A stretch of DNA of 32,146 bases, taken from NCBI RefSeq assembly GCF_001194135.2, contig NC_068984.1:98477389-98509534 (forward strand), read 5' to 3'. Made by a program: the position numbers and the translations under genes. Under the pieces are notes generated by a model. That model saw nothing but the letters and a program-made list of their open reading frames with translations, did not search any database and was not told the DNA's origin. Shown piece by piece: positions 20,407-31,804 of the stretch. Each line of letters begins with the position of its first letter. Position 1 is the stretch's first letter. The stretch is from Octopus bimaculoides. Taxonomy: Eukaryota.

Positions 20407-20489
20407 AAGTGGCAGCAGGGGTCAGTAAAATATATACTAGTGTCGTTGGTCAAATTAACCCTGCATTATCACATAAACTTCTAGAATTG
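20407..20489 (+). CDS. candidate internal coding exon, (E)VAAGVSKIYTSVVGQINPALSHKLLEL
   Basis: strong TATATTTCTCTTCAG|AA acceptor and TTG|GTAAAC donor; 83 nt open, phase 1 to phase 0; protein-like composition. Confidence 0.5.
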
Positions 20490-21432
20490 GTAAACAACCA
20501 TTCTCCCACTGAGTCAATGAGTGGATATCTTTGACAAAAACCAAAGGGAGACACACTCAAGCCTTCACACAACTTGCAAGAAATAACAGCCAAATTTTTC
20601 TCAAGTTACATCCAACCATTTAAAAAAAATAAGGAAATCATTGGCTAATGTAATCTTAGATGAATTCATGGTTGAATGAAGTCAGCAGGTTTAGGACTGG
20701 TTAGCAGATAAACAATAATGACAGCTATAGATCAGTGCCATGTTAGAAAACAAACATAATTCTAGACTGTAAGAGTGGTTGGTGAGGCTAACCGAGAAAG
20801 TGCACTGATAACTGTATAGCTGTAAATGAAATGCTTAGCTAATAAAACACCTAATTAATAAATCACTTAGCTAATAAAATATCACATAAAATTACTTAGA
20901 TAATGCCTAGCTAGTAAAATATGTAATCTATCAACCATATTAATGATTGTTATTATGTTCAGTTATAATGAAAACAACTTTACATTAATCTAATAGGTTA
21001 CTCTGTACTTCTTTGGAGTACAAATTTATTATTCTTATACAAGAATAATTGACTGTGGCTATCCTGGGGCATAGCCTTGAAGGGTTTTAGTCAAACAAAT
21101 CAACCTAAGACTTATTATTTTTTAAGCCTAGTAATTGCTCTATCATTCTCTTCTGTCAAACTGCTAAGTTATGATGTCATAAGCATACCAATACCATTTG
21201 TCAAGTGGTTGCAAAGGGACAAACACAGACATAAAGACAACCCACATGTGTATCGTTGGCGATTTTCTTCCTCCATCTGCCCTTCCTTTGAACTTTCCTC
21301 TATTTCTGAAGAAGAGCTTTGCTTGAAATGTAAAATCCTCTTTCTTTCCTTTCCTGAGTGTCTGATAATACAGTACTTGTACCATGTCCTCGCATTATTG
21401 TTTTTTCTTGATTGTTCTTCTTTGTTTGGATT

Positions 21433-21491
<59 letters not shown>

Positions 21492-21840
21492 CATGCGTGT
21501 GCGTGTGTGTGTCTGTGTGTGTTTTGCTTAGGCATAGTAAGACTATACCAAGTTATATCTCTAGACCACAACAGGTAACAAGAGAGAAAGAGACAGGCAG
21601 AAACAAGGAAAATGCCTCTTGTATTTGAATACTATGCAAGTATTCTTTTAAAAGACTTTTCATTTAATTTTTCCAAAATTTAATTCTTTTCCATACTTAC
21701 AGTTGAAAAAATCTCAATGACCGAAACTGGTACTGAAATGTGTTTATAAAATCATTTTAGCATTTTCTACCTTGACTTTTTTTCCACATACACCCCCCCA
21801 CACACACACACATACACATATACACACATATATACACAAC

Positions 21841-21982
21841 AGGCTTCTTCTAGTTCTCCCTTCCATTAACAAGGGTTTGGTCAGCCCAAGGCTATAGTAG
21901 AAGACATTTGCCATGCAGTGGAACTGCCCAGAACTATATGGTAGGGAAGCAAACTTCTTACCACACTGTCATGCTTGTGCCT
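21841..21982 (-). mobile_element. CORE-type SINE 5' half
   Basis: reverse complement of the head/CORE segment, running into a CA/TA tract at 21790-21838. Confidence 0.75.
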
Positions 21983-22352
21983 ATATTCTTGTATAAGAAT
22001 AATAAATCTAATTTACCAAAATCATCTAACTGGTGAAAATGATAATGGCTCCTGCTTAGGTTTCAATGATGAGCATTTGGTTGTCTAATAACTAAACAAC
22101 CGATTCATTGTATTGTTATGTAGGTGGCTGAATAGTTTACTGACACATTTACACTCTTAATGTAATTATCAGGCATAAATCAGCATGACACAGACATGGG
22201 CACCTTTTGCACCTCAAGATACATCATGTGACAAGTCCAGACCTTTGAATTACATTAGGATTCATGCAATGAACTTCCATATAGTTTCTCTCTACCCAGT
22301 TTCATTCACATAGCTTCAGTTGATTGATTAATATCTATGATTTAAAAAAAGT

Positions 22353-22565
22353 GTTGAACTGGCAGAATTGTAAGCACGCTGGGCAAAATGCTTAGCGGTA
22401 TTTCATCTGTCGTTACATTCTGAATTCAAATTCCACTGAGGTTGACTGTACCTCTCATTCTTTTGGAGTCGATAGACTAAGTATCAGTTGAGTACTGGGG
22501 TTGATGTAATCAACTTAATATCTCCCCCAAAGTTGCTGGCCTTGTGCCAAAATTGGAAACCAATA
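22353..22565 (+). mobile_element. Deu/Nin-like SINE
   Basis: full-length match to the family layout. Confidence 0.85.
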
Positions 22566-22699
22566 CCTATGGTTAAAAAACACTGGCCCAAGATACCGGG
22601 ATGATGGGATGTTGTTTGGCTTGTTGGGGTGGAATGTGTAAATTAATGATACACATGGGTGGAATACACAGCCCCTCCAGAATTCAGTTTCATGGAAGT

Positions 22700-22830
22700 G
22701 AGCAGCTCTTCTCAAGAACATTATATCACCAGACATCTCAGTCCATTGTCATCCCTTCCATGAGGCTTAATATCTTGAGACTGGCCCTCACCATTTCACA
22801 CTGTGTCTTTCTGGGAGTTAAAACACATCA
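22700..22830 (-). mobile_element. RTE C-terminal fragment
   Basis: PRKTQCEMVRASLKILSLMEGMTMD*DVW*YNVLEK. Confidence 0.6.
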
Positions 22831-22917
22831 ACAACAGCAGCAGCAAGAGAAACATCCCCATTTTTAATTCTCTCCAGACTTTATAACTAGAAACTTTGTG
22901 GAAGAGTTTGATGACAT

Positions 22918-23129
22918 TGGTTTCAAATTTTGGCACAGGGCCAGCAACTTCAGGGAAGGGAGTAGTCTATTACATTGACTCCAGTACTCAACCAATAGTT
23001 ATTTTATTGACCCCAAAAGGATGAAAGGTAAATCCCACCTTGGAGGAATTTGAACTCAGAATGTAAAGATGAACGAAATGCTGCTAAACATTTTTCCCAG
23101 CATGCTAATGATCCTGCCAGCTTGCCATC
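22918..23129 (-). mobile_element. Deu/Nin-like SINE, inverted relative to 22353-22565
   Basis: reverse-complement family match. Confidence 0.85.
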
Positions 23130-23818
23130 TTACAGCTTGATAACATTAATTGCCTTAAGAATCTTGTCTCTTGAGAATGAGAGAGTGAGAAGAACCTAAC
23201 ATTGCAGCTTCTTGCTCTTTGTCTATGTGTGAGTGAAAAGCAGGACACAGTCTTATCGTTTTGGTTGGTGGCAGATGTATGATGAAGAAATTGATGTGCT
23301 GGTGCTGAGTGGGGAATGATGTAGGGAATGAGAAGGGGTGATGTGAGATGGAGGAATCTAGGATTGAAGAAAGAAAGTAGGAAGAAACAAAACCGTTATA
23401 ATTACTTCACTTTAAATCTTTCACATAACCTTTCAACTATATTGACAACATCAAAATTCTCTCTTACAAACATGCATATGAGAAGATTTGGTTGCTATTT
23501 CTAACTAGCTAATTGACCATGTAGAAGTTCCCTTATTGGTTGCAATATTCATATACCAGGTAGATGCTGATGTACTGAATGACACATAAATTGAAAGGTT
23601 TTAAGGACCTGAAAATAATCTTTCCCCTATTGAAAGAAAACAAAAACCTAACAGCACTTACTGGCAACTCCCAGAGAAAGGAGGAGGTAATTTCAAGAAC
23701 CCAGGAATTAATTTTACTGGAAATTTAATTTTTCATTCTTAGGTGAAAAAACTAGTTTTTTTGAAAATTTATTGGTTGTTGATTTTTGACTTTGTAAAGA
23801 TGTGAAATGGAACATTAC

Positions 23819-24032
23819 TTGACCTATTTTGACACCAAGCTGCCTCAGACTACAAACATTCCACTTTAAAGTGAATTAAATTAAAACCTTCCATTAAAAT
23901 TTCATGTTAATTTATGTTCCAAACATAAGATTAGTTACGACGAAGTTATTTCACTAAATCCTTCGTTATTTTTAGAATTAACTGAAACAAAGGCAGTGCA
24001 TCTCAACAGAATTATGGTAGAAAAAGGATTAA
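23819..24032. mobile_element. degenerate piggyBac-like MITE (about 214 bp)
   Basis: left end TTGACCTATTTTGACACCA; right end TGGTAGAAAAAGGATTAA (reverse complement TTAATCCTTTTTCTACCA); decayed TTAA-CCC-type termini. Confidence 0.5.
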
Positions 24033-24319
24033 AGATAAAAAATGAATGCTAACAAGCACTTCTGCTTCATCAACTTTCTTGAAAAACAAACATAATATTT
24101 GATATATTGTGACATGAATATTATTTTTCACCCTAAGTTTATCTCAATGAAATCGTAATCAAGTTAATTGATATCAATATTTGAACTTATTAATAGCAGG
24201 AAACAAATCTTGAAGCTTTCAGTAAAACTAAATTGAATTAGCCCTGTCAAACACTATGGTTGATTAAATGAAGCGAAACATTTCTTTCAACAAAATTTGA
24301 GACCTTCATAATTAGTAAC

Positions 24320-25156
24320 GTTGCTTTAAGTTCTGAGTTTAAATCCTGTTGAAATTGGTTTTGCCTTTCATTTTAATGATCAATAAAATAAAGTACCAGC
24401 CCAAAAAATTGAGATAGATTTAATCCATTAACTCACCCACTTAAATTTTTGGTAGCCTCCTCCTCCCCCTCCTCCTCCTCCTCGACACCGCTGCCACCAC
24501 CGTCGTCAAGGCAAGCTGACTGAATTGTTAGCATGCTGAGTGAAATGCTTAGCAGTATTTTGTCCGTCTTCACATTCTGAGTTCACATTCATCTGAGGTC
24601 GACTTTACCTTTCATCCTTTCGGGGTTGATAAAGTAGGTACCAGTTGAATACTGGGGTTGATGTAATTGACTTACCTACTCCATCCAAACTTACTGGCCT
24701 TGTAGCAAAATTTGAAACCATTACTACTATTATTAAGACTTTGAGCTGGTCGAATTATTAGTGGACTGGGCAAAATACTTAATGATAATTTGTCCATCTC
24801 TATGTTCTGAGTTCAAATTCTGCTGAGGTTGATTTTGCCTTTCATCCTTTTGTCATTGAGCACAGTGATGGTGGTGGGGTCAATGTAATTGACTAACATC
24901 CCCACCCCCAAACTTCTAGCCTTGTGCCTATAGAAAATAAAGAGCCATTATTATCATTATTGCACTTATTGCTGTTGTTCCAGCAGCTGGTTTGCCTATT
25001 TTTATAAACAAAGCAAGCAAGCAAGCAAAGTCATTAGCATGCCAGACAAAATGCACAGCAACTTTCCATCTGCCTTCACGTTCTAAGTTCAAATATCGCC
25101 AAAGTCGACTTTGCCTTTCATACTCTTTAGTTCAATGAAATAACTACCAGTTGTGC
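24320..25156 (+). mobile_element. cluster of four head-to-tail Deu/Nin-like SINEs (about 24320-24455, 24508-24735, 24736-24961, 25030-25156)
   Basis: repeated TTCT(G/A)AGTT(C/T)A..TTTGCCTTTCAT..AGTACCAG core. Confidence 0.8.
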
Positions 25157-25161
25157 ACAGG

Positions 25162-25353
25162 AGTCTCAAAATTTCTGGAATGCACTTTGTACTCTATTAT
25201 CCTTTTATATTTTATCATTGAAAACGATTGAATCTTTTAATATACTATCAGATAATCCATCTATATGCTCATCTGAGTGTCTTTCATTTGTTTTCAATCA
25301 TAGAATATAAAATAACAATGGAGTATGAAATGCATTCTAGAAGATTGGAGACT
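25162..25353. mobile_element. foldback / MITE-like element with 71-bp arms
   Basis: 25162-25232 vs reverse complement of 25283-25353: 56/71 identical by hand count; 50-bp spacer. Confidence 0.75.
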
Positions 25354-25834
25354 TTTTTCAAGAGGAACATAAGTTAATCCATAAGCAATCTAGAGCAATT
25401 AATAAGTTTCTTTCCAATTGCCTTCATGTCTCAACTGCGTTCTGCAAACAAATCAGCTGTGACAAGCAGTGTTTAGTAGAGTGTGTTCAAAGGGCTGTTA
25501 CAGTCATCTCCTTTGGTTTGGAATGAAAAAAAACCCCAGTTAGATGCTCAACTTGTTAGATATATAGTAATGGTATACAAAAATTACAATTATTTAGGAC
25601 AGTAATAACTATCTCTCCTAAAATAAAGTCACAAATCTTCTGGAATGAATCTTGCATTAATTACTGACACAGAATCACCAAAACTATAATGTACTGTGCA
25701 AGTGAGCTGAAACTTAAAGTATTGATCTTGGTCCTAATTTGGCTCCAGAATTAAAAAAAAAACCCCATTAAATTAAAGAATATGTCTAACAACCCATTTG
25801 TAAATTGTGCAACAAGAGTGATATATAATCATTT

Positions 25835-28800
25835 CTGTATGCACTCGTCTCCTGCCATCTTCCAGTTCACCAGACAATAACTGCTTGGGCAGTCGCTCAT
25901 CACTCATCCTTACCAAATCCCCCCCCCCAACCTCAAACGTCTTTTCAAAATCATTGACTCTATACTTCTACTACCACTCCTCTCAAGCACCTCCACAATA
26001 CTAATGGCCATTTTCCAGTTTATCCCCCAAATTTTTGTCAGACAGTATTGATGAAATCGTTCCAATTGCCTTACCTGCCTATGGTAAACAATCCATGCCT
26101 CACTTCCATATAGCAAAGATGAGAGGACGCAGGTGTTATATACCTTAACTTTAATTTGTGAAGATATATCATGTTATTTCCACAGACACCTATCAAGCCT
26201 ACCAAAAGCACTACTAGCCCTGCTGATTCTGTATGAAATTTCATCATGAAGACCAGCAGTGCTCAAGGTACTTCCTAAATAAATAAATCTAGGTACAGTC
26301 TCCAGCCTTTGGCCATTCACAGTTATAAAAGGTTCCGCATACATCTTGGAGGGACTGGTACATTATAACAGTTTTTTCTAGATTGATTGTTAGACCCAAT
26401 GCTGCACATGCTGCAGAAATCGCATTCACCATGTGCTGCATATCTTTCTGAGAATGTATCAACAGGTCACAATCATCTGCATACAGAAACTCAACAAGGT
26501 GAGAATGCAGAACTTTCATTTTGGCACAGAGTCTTTTGAGATTGAACAGTTTTCCTGTTGTCCTATGTCTTATATAGACTCCTTCAGTGCAATCTTTAAA
26601 AGATATTTGAAAAACTATTGCGAAATATATAGCAAACAGTGTAGGAGCAGGAATATCACCTTGCTCTACACCATTTCCTACAGAAATTGGATCTGATAAG
26701 GTACCTCCAACATTAACTCTTACTTCCATCTTATCATGAAATTGTCTAAGCATTCTCACAAAATTTTCAGGGCAACCTAACTTTTTTAGGATCTCCGAAT
26801 GTGCAATTCTATTGATAGGATCAAACGCTTTTGTTAGGTCAATGAAAACCTGGTATACGTCCATATCCTGTTCGATGCACTTCTCTTGCAACTGTCTAGC
26901 TGAAAATATCATATTCATAGTACTCCTACTATCCCTAAACCCACATTGCAATTCTGGCAGAACCTCATCAGCAATGTGCAGAAGCAATCTATCCAGTACT
27001 ACCCTACAGCGGACCTTTCCAGCAACAGCTAACAGACAGATGCCACAATAATTATCACAGACATCCTTTCCACCTTTAGATTTATGCAGTATCTCCATAG
27101 TTGCATCATGCCAATCCGGAGGAACTTCTTCTTTTTGCCAAACCCTCTGAATCACAACCGTCAACATTGCACAAAGATGATCACTACCATATTTATATAT
27201 CTCTGCACCTAGTCCATCCATACCAGGGGCCTTTCCATTGTTCAATTTCCTTATTGCTGCTTTTATTTCAGCCAGGTTTGGAACTTCTGCTGTAAGATGT
27301 TTTATTGGTCTCTCGGATATTTTATCAAGAAAAGAGAGATCACCTTCAGTGAGTCTTTTGAGCAACTCATCAAAATGTTACTTCCATCTCCCAACAATAT
27401 CTTTAGGATTTGTTAATAATTCTGTGCCATCCTTGCTCCGAAGTGGCACAACCTTTGATGAAACTGGTCCATAGACATTTTTCAAGAGAGAGTAAAAAAA
27501 TTTGGAATTGTTAGCATTTGAAGCTTCATGGATTTCATCGCATCTATCACTCCACCTGTTTTCCTGCATCATCCGTAGCTTCCTCTGCACTGTTGCTTTT
27601 ACAGTCTTGAAATATGTAGCCACTGTCCTGTTCATTGGCATGTCAACATTTTGCAAAATGTTAAATGCCTTTCGCTTCTCCTCTAAGATAAGATTAACTT
27701 CATCATTATCGTCAAACCAATCTTGATGTTTTTTCACAACAAAGTCAAGAATGTTACTAGAAATCTCATACACTTTTTCTTTGAATGACTTCCAGCTTTC
27801 ATCACAGGACAAATTATTTATCTCACTCACAAACTCAATGTGTACTGACAGAATCTTAAGTTTATTCACATCAGTTTGTTTAGATAATTTGACATTATTT
27901 GCTCTAACATTAGGCTTGACAACAAAATTCACCTAGGCATGCAAAAGCCTATGGTCAGTCCAACGCTCTGCACCACGCATCACTCGTACAATAGCAAAGT
28001 CCCTAGTGTCTCATTTCCTGGTGAGGATGTAATCTATAAGATGCCATTTTTTAGAACCAGGGTGCATCCATGTCGTTTTATACTTATTCTTTAGTTGAAA
28101 CATTGTATTCATAATACACAAATCCAATTCTACGCACATTTGTAACAGTAACAAACCATTACTGTTGGAATTCCCAACACCATGCTTTCCTAGGACACCC
28201 CAAGTCTCCCAGTCTGCACCAACACGAGCATTAGAATCACCTAAAATGACAACTTTGTCATCATGGGGGATATTGCATATAATCTTTGTAAGTGATAGAT
28301 AGAAGGCAAGTTTATTATCCTCTGATGAATTCATAGTTGGAGCATATGCACTTATAACTGTCGCATAGCGACCTTTTCTTATTGGCAGCCTTAAAGACAT
28401 TAAACGATCCGAATGACTACATGGTGGTCCCTCAAGTTTTGAAGCCAGAGTAGTTTTGATAGCAAATCCCACTCCTGATTCTCTCTTATAGATCTCCTCT
28501 CTACCTTTCCAAAAGAAATGATACCCAGCAGATTTCTCTATGAAATTACCCTTTCCATGAATTCTTGTTTCAGCTAACGCTACAACATCCATATCATATC
28601 ACTGTAACTCTTTTGCAACAAGCGTGGATCTTCTCTCTGGACAAGATTTCAGACAGTCATTGTCTAATAACGTTCGAACATTCGAACATTCTATATTCAT
28701 AGGCTTGCATCTTAACTTAAATTTACTTACAGTTGTAGGATGATGACCGGATCCAGGCTGTGGTGCCCTGGGACACCTGCCAGGCCAGACCACAGAACAA

Positions 28801-29205
28801 TATGTTCCAGAGTGCTTTTTGCCATTTACTTCATTATCAATATGAACTTTCATTGTTTAGATGTACCTTTTTAAGCTTCGGCCAGCCATGTACATACAAA
28901 ATATCCATTTCATTTTCTTCTCCAGCAATACCTGTGCTTGACACTTTTTAAAGTGAGGAAAATTTTTGCACAGCAACCATTCCCACTCTCTAAACTACAA
29001 AGCATGATCCAAAAAGAAGAGCAAGTCGACATCTTTGGGTGCATTTGCAGTCGCAGGTTTTATATCAGTGTCCTTCTTCCAGTCTTTGCTAAACCAAAGG
29101 CGGCTAACTACAAGACAGCAGTGAAGTATTTAAATTCAGAGTTACTTTCTCCTAGATTGACTGCCTTTGCCATGGCTTGGGTAAGCTCTGTCCACCCCTC
29201 ATCTA
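25835..29205 (-). mobile_element. near full-length RTE (BovB-like) LINE, pseudogenised APE+RT ORF with 5' UTR
   Basis: NVRTLLD..PERRSTLVAKEL, DVVALAETR, SAYAPT, LGDSNARVG, HLIDYIL, KAPGMDG, QCGFR, FIDLTKAFD, GVEQGD, LYADDC, FIYLGS, LLYGSEAW; several stops and frameshifts; 5' UTR with CTAGGAGAAAGTAACTCTGAATT. Confidence 0.92.
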
Positions 29206-29372
29206 TTAAAAAAAAAAAATTAAAATAAGAGAAATAAGTACAAATAAAAAATTGGGATAAAAACTGAGTAAATTTAAAAATAAGATTGACATCAATATAT
29301 ACAATTTAAAAACACAGTATACAGTATGTACATACACATGCTGAAATACAGTATTTACCATACACACACACA

Positions 29373-30066
29373 CACAGAGCTTAAAATGCAATATATACAA
29401 TACACACACAAACACTCCACAAAAAAAGACATAGTCGAATGNNNNNNNNNNNNNNNNNNNNNNNNNNNNNNNNNNNNNNCCCTTTGACGGATCTTATTTT
29501 TGTCCCGCAGGGTGTTCAACAAGAACCTCCCACACACACATGTACATACATACATACATACATATATATATATATATTTATATATAGATATAGATATAGA
29601 TATAGATATGTACGTATATATATATACATACATACATATATATGTCTATATATATATGCACACACACACACATATATACACACACACACACACATATATA
29701 TAAATATATATACACATATATATATAAATATATACACATATATATAAATATATGTATATATATATATNNNNNNNNNNACACACACACAGAGCTTAAAATG
29801 CAATATATACAATACACACACAAACACTCCACAAAAAAAGACATAGTCGAATGGTTGTTGACTACTTTGTAGTTCCTCCCCCCTTTGACGGATCTTATTT
29901 TTGTCCCGCAGGGTGTTCAACAAGAACCTCCCACACACACATGTACATACATACATACATACATATATATATATATTTATATATAGATATAGATATAGAT
30001 ATAGATATGTACGTATATATATATACATACATACATATATATGTCTATATATATATGCACACACAC
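29373..30066. repeat. 401-bp tandem duplication straddling small N-gaps (probable assembly overlap)
   Basis: 29481 matches 29882 onward; about 29373-29441 matches about 29778-29851. Confidence 0.7.
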
Positions 30067-31039
30067 NNNNNNNNNNNNNNNNNNNNNNNNNNNNNNNNNN
30101 NNNNNNNNNNNNNNNNNNNNNNNNNNNNNNNNNNNNNNNNNNNNNNNNNNNNNNNNNNNNNNNNNNNNNNNNNNNNNNNNNNNNNNNNNNNNNNNNNNNN
30201 NNNNNNNNNNNNNNNNNNNNNNNNNNNNNNNNNNNNNNNNNNNNNNNNNNNNNNNNNNNNNNNNNNNNNNNNNNNNNNNNNNNNNNNNNNNNNNNNNNNN
30301 NNNNNNNNNNNNNNNNNNNNNNNNNNNNNNNNNNNNNNNNNNNNNNNNNNNNNNNNNNNNNNNNNNNNNNNNNNNNNNNNNNNNNNNNNNNNNNNNNNNN
30401 NNNNNNNNNNNNNNNNNNNNNNNNNNNNNNNNNNNNNNNNNNNNNNNNNNNNNNNNNNNNNNNNNNNNNNNNNNNNNNNNNNNNNNNNNNNNNNNNNNNN
30501 NNNNNNNNNNNNNNNNNNNNNNNNNNNNNNNNNNNNNNNNNNNNNNNNNNNNNNNNNNNNNNNNNNNNNNNNNNNNNNNNNNNNNNNNNNNNNNNNNNNN
30601 NNNNNNNNNNNNNNNNNNNNNNNNNNNNNNNNNNNNNNNNNNNNNNNNNNNNNNNNNNNNNNNNNNNNNNNNNNNNNNNNNNNNNNNNNNNNNNNNNNNN
30701 NNNNNNNNNNNNNNNNNNNNNNNNNNNNNNNNNNNNNNNNNNNNNNNNNNNNNNNNNNNNNNNNNNNNNNNNNNNNNNNNNNNNNNNNNNNNNNNNNNNN
30801 NNNNNNNNNNNNNNNNNNNNNNNNNNNNNNNNNNNNNNNNNNNNNNNNNNNNNNNNNNNNNNNNNNNNNNNNNNNNNNNNNNNNNNNNNNNNNNNNNNNN
30901 NNNNNNNNNNNNNNNNNNNNNNNNNNNNNNNNNNCATACTTATATATGTGCACACACACTCACACACACACATATATGCAAGAAGAAAATGGAGGAAAAA
31001 TAACAGGAAGAAGTTGGTTGTTTGCGCTAGTAAGCTATT

Positions 31040-31790
31040 AATTTAATTAATTAATACAAAAAGTTGTAATGATAGTACATTTACGATCGTTTCTGTTTAC
31101 CAGTTGTAGTGGTAGACATCATCAGAATGCAGAGTCATATGTAGAAGTAAGAAGAGCCAAAGACATAGGGATACATTGGTAACGAGATTAAAGACAAAGG
31201 ATGGTGAGTCTTACATTATAGTAGATTTCTTAGTTGATAATTCTGCTGCGAAGTGAATGTAGGATGGAGGTTATTTCAATCTGTAGTCCCAAGTTTAAGT
31301 AAGCGCATATTTTCCACATGTTATTCTGGCTAGACTTTTTACCTGCAGTGTAAAGAAAGGGGATTAACTCTAACTCATGGTGAAAAGGGGGGGCTAACTC
31401 TATCTGGGTTACTCAGTCCAGGGTGAGTAAGGAATTTATGTGTTTTGGAGGAAGCCCTGTGTAGGTGTAAAATAATTTATTATGGAGTGTGTAAAGCGAG
31501 TGGGGCTTGGGGGTGTGAATGCTTGCGTGTAAGTAGTTTAAGTGGTTCCCGGCTAAATGGGATTATTTCAATGAAGATGCTAGCGTAGGATTTGTACAGG
31601 GTCAAGCGGGTTTACTGATATTTGGAAAAGATAAAGAGACCAATATGTAGACAAACATTACTATTCTCATATTTTTCTATTAAGAAAAATTAGTTTAGCC
31701 GTTAGAATTTCCAGGCATTTGGTTAAATAGAGATCACATTGTCTATTGGTAGAGTTGTAAGAAGTTGTTTTTGTGAGTATGCACCATTTT
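31040..31790 (-). mobile_element. Penelope-like element E: end of GIY-YIG domain plus long 3' UTR
   Basis: TNRQCDLYLTKCLEILTAKLIFLNRK (31673-31750), then frameshifted ..VCLHIGLF; same subtype as element D; hammerhead in the 3' UTR. Confidence 0.75.
31069..31138 (-). ncRNA. type I hammerhead ribozyme (Penelope-type, palindromic stem III)
   Basis: UGCAUU-CUGAUGA-UGUCUACCA(CUACAAC)UGGUAAACA-GAA-ACGAUCGU-A-AAUGUA: all core nucleotides present; stem II 8/9 paired; stem I 6 bp; GUA cleavage triplet. Confidence 0.85.
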
Positions 31791-31804
31791 AATATATATA
31801 TATA

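Noticed and set aside
25750-25762. ATT(A)10 here and at 29205-29217 as a target-site duplication of the long RTE
   Set aside because: Low complexity, and the LINE 3' end appears truncated, so chance is as likely
28960-29205. HDV-like ribozyme expected at some RTE 5' ends
   Set aside because: I could not build the nested double pseudoknot (no P3/L3 of the TCCTCGY type with matching P1/P2); a descriptor search on the family consensus would be needed
29373-30066. 401-bp near-identical tandem duplication
   Set aside because: Units are separated by small N-gaps in microsatellite-rich sequence; most likely an assembly overlap unless long reads show otherwise
891-31046. Long ORFs in the track containing X runs or CV/HT/YI dipeptide repeats
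   Set aside because: Artefacts of N-gaps and microsatellites; not proteins
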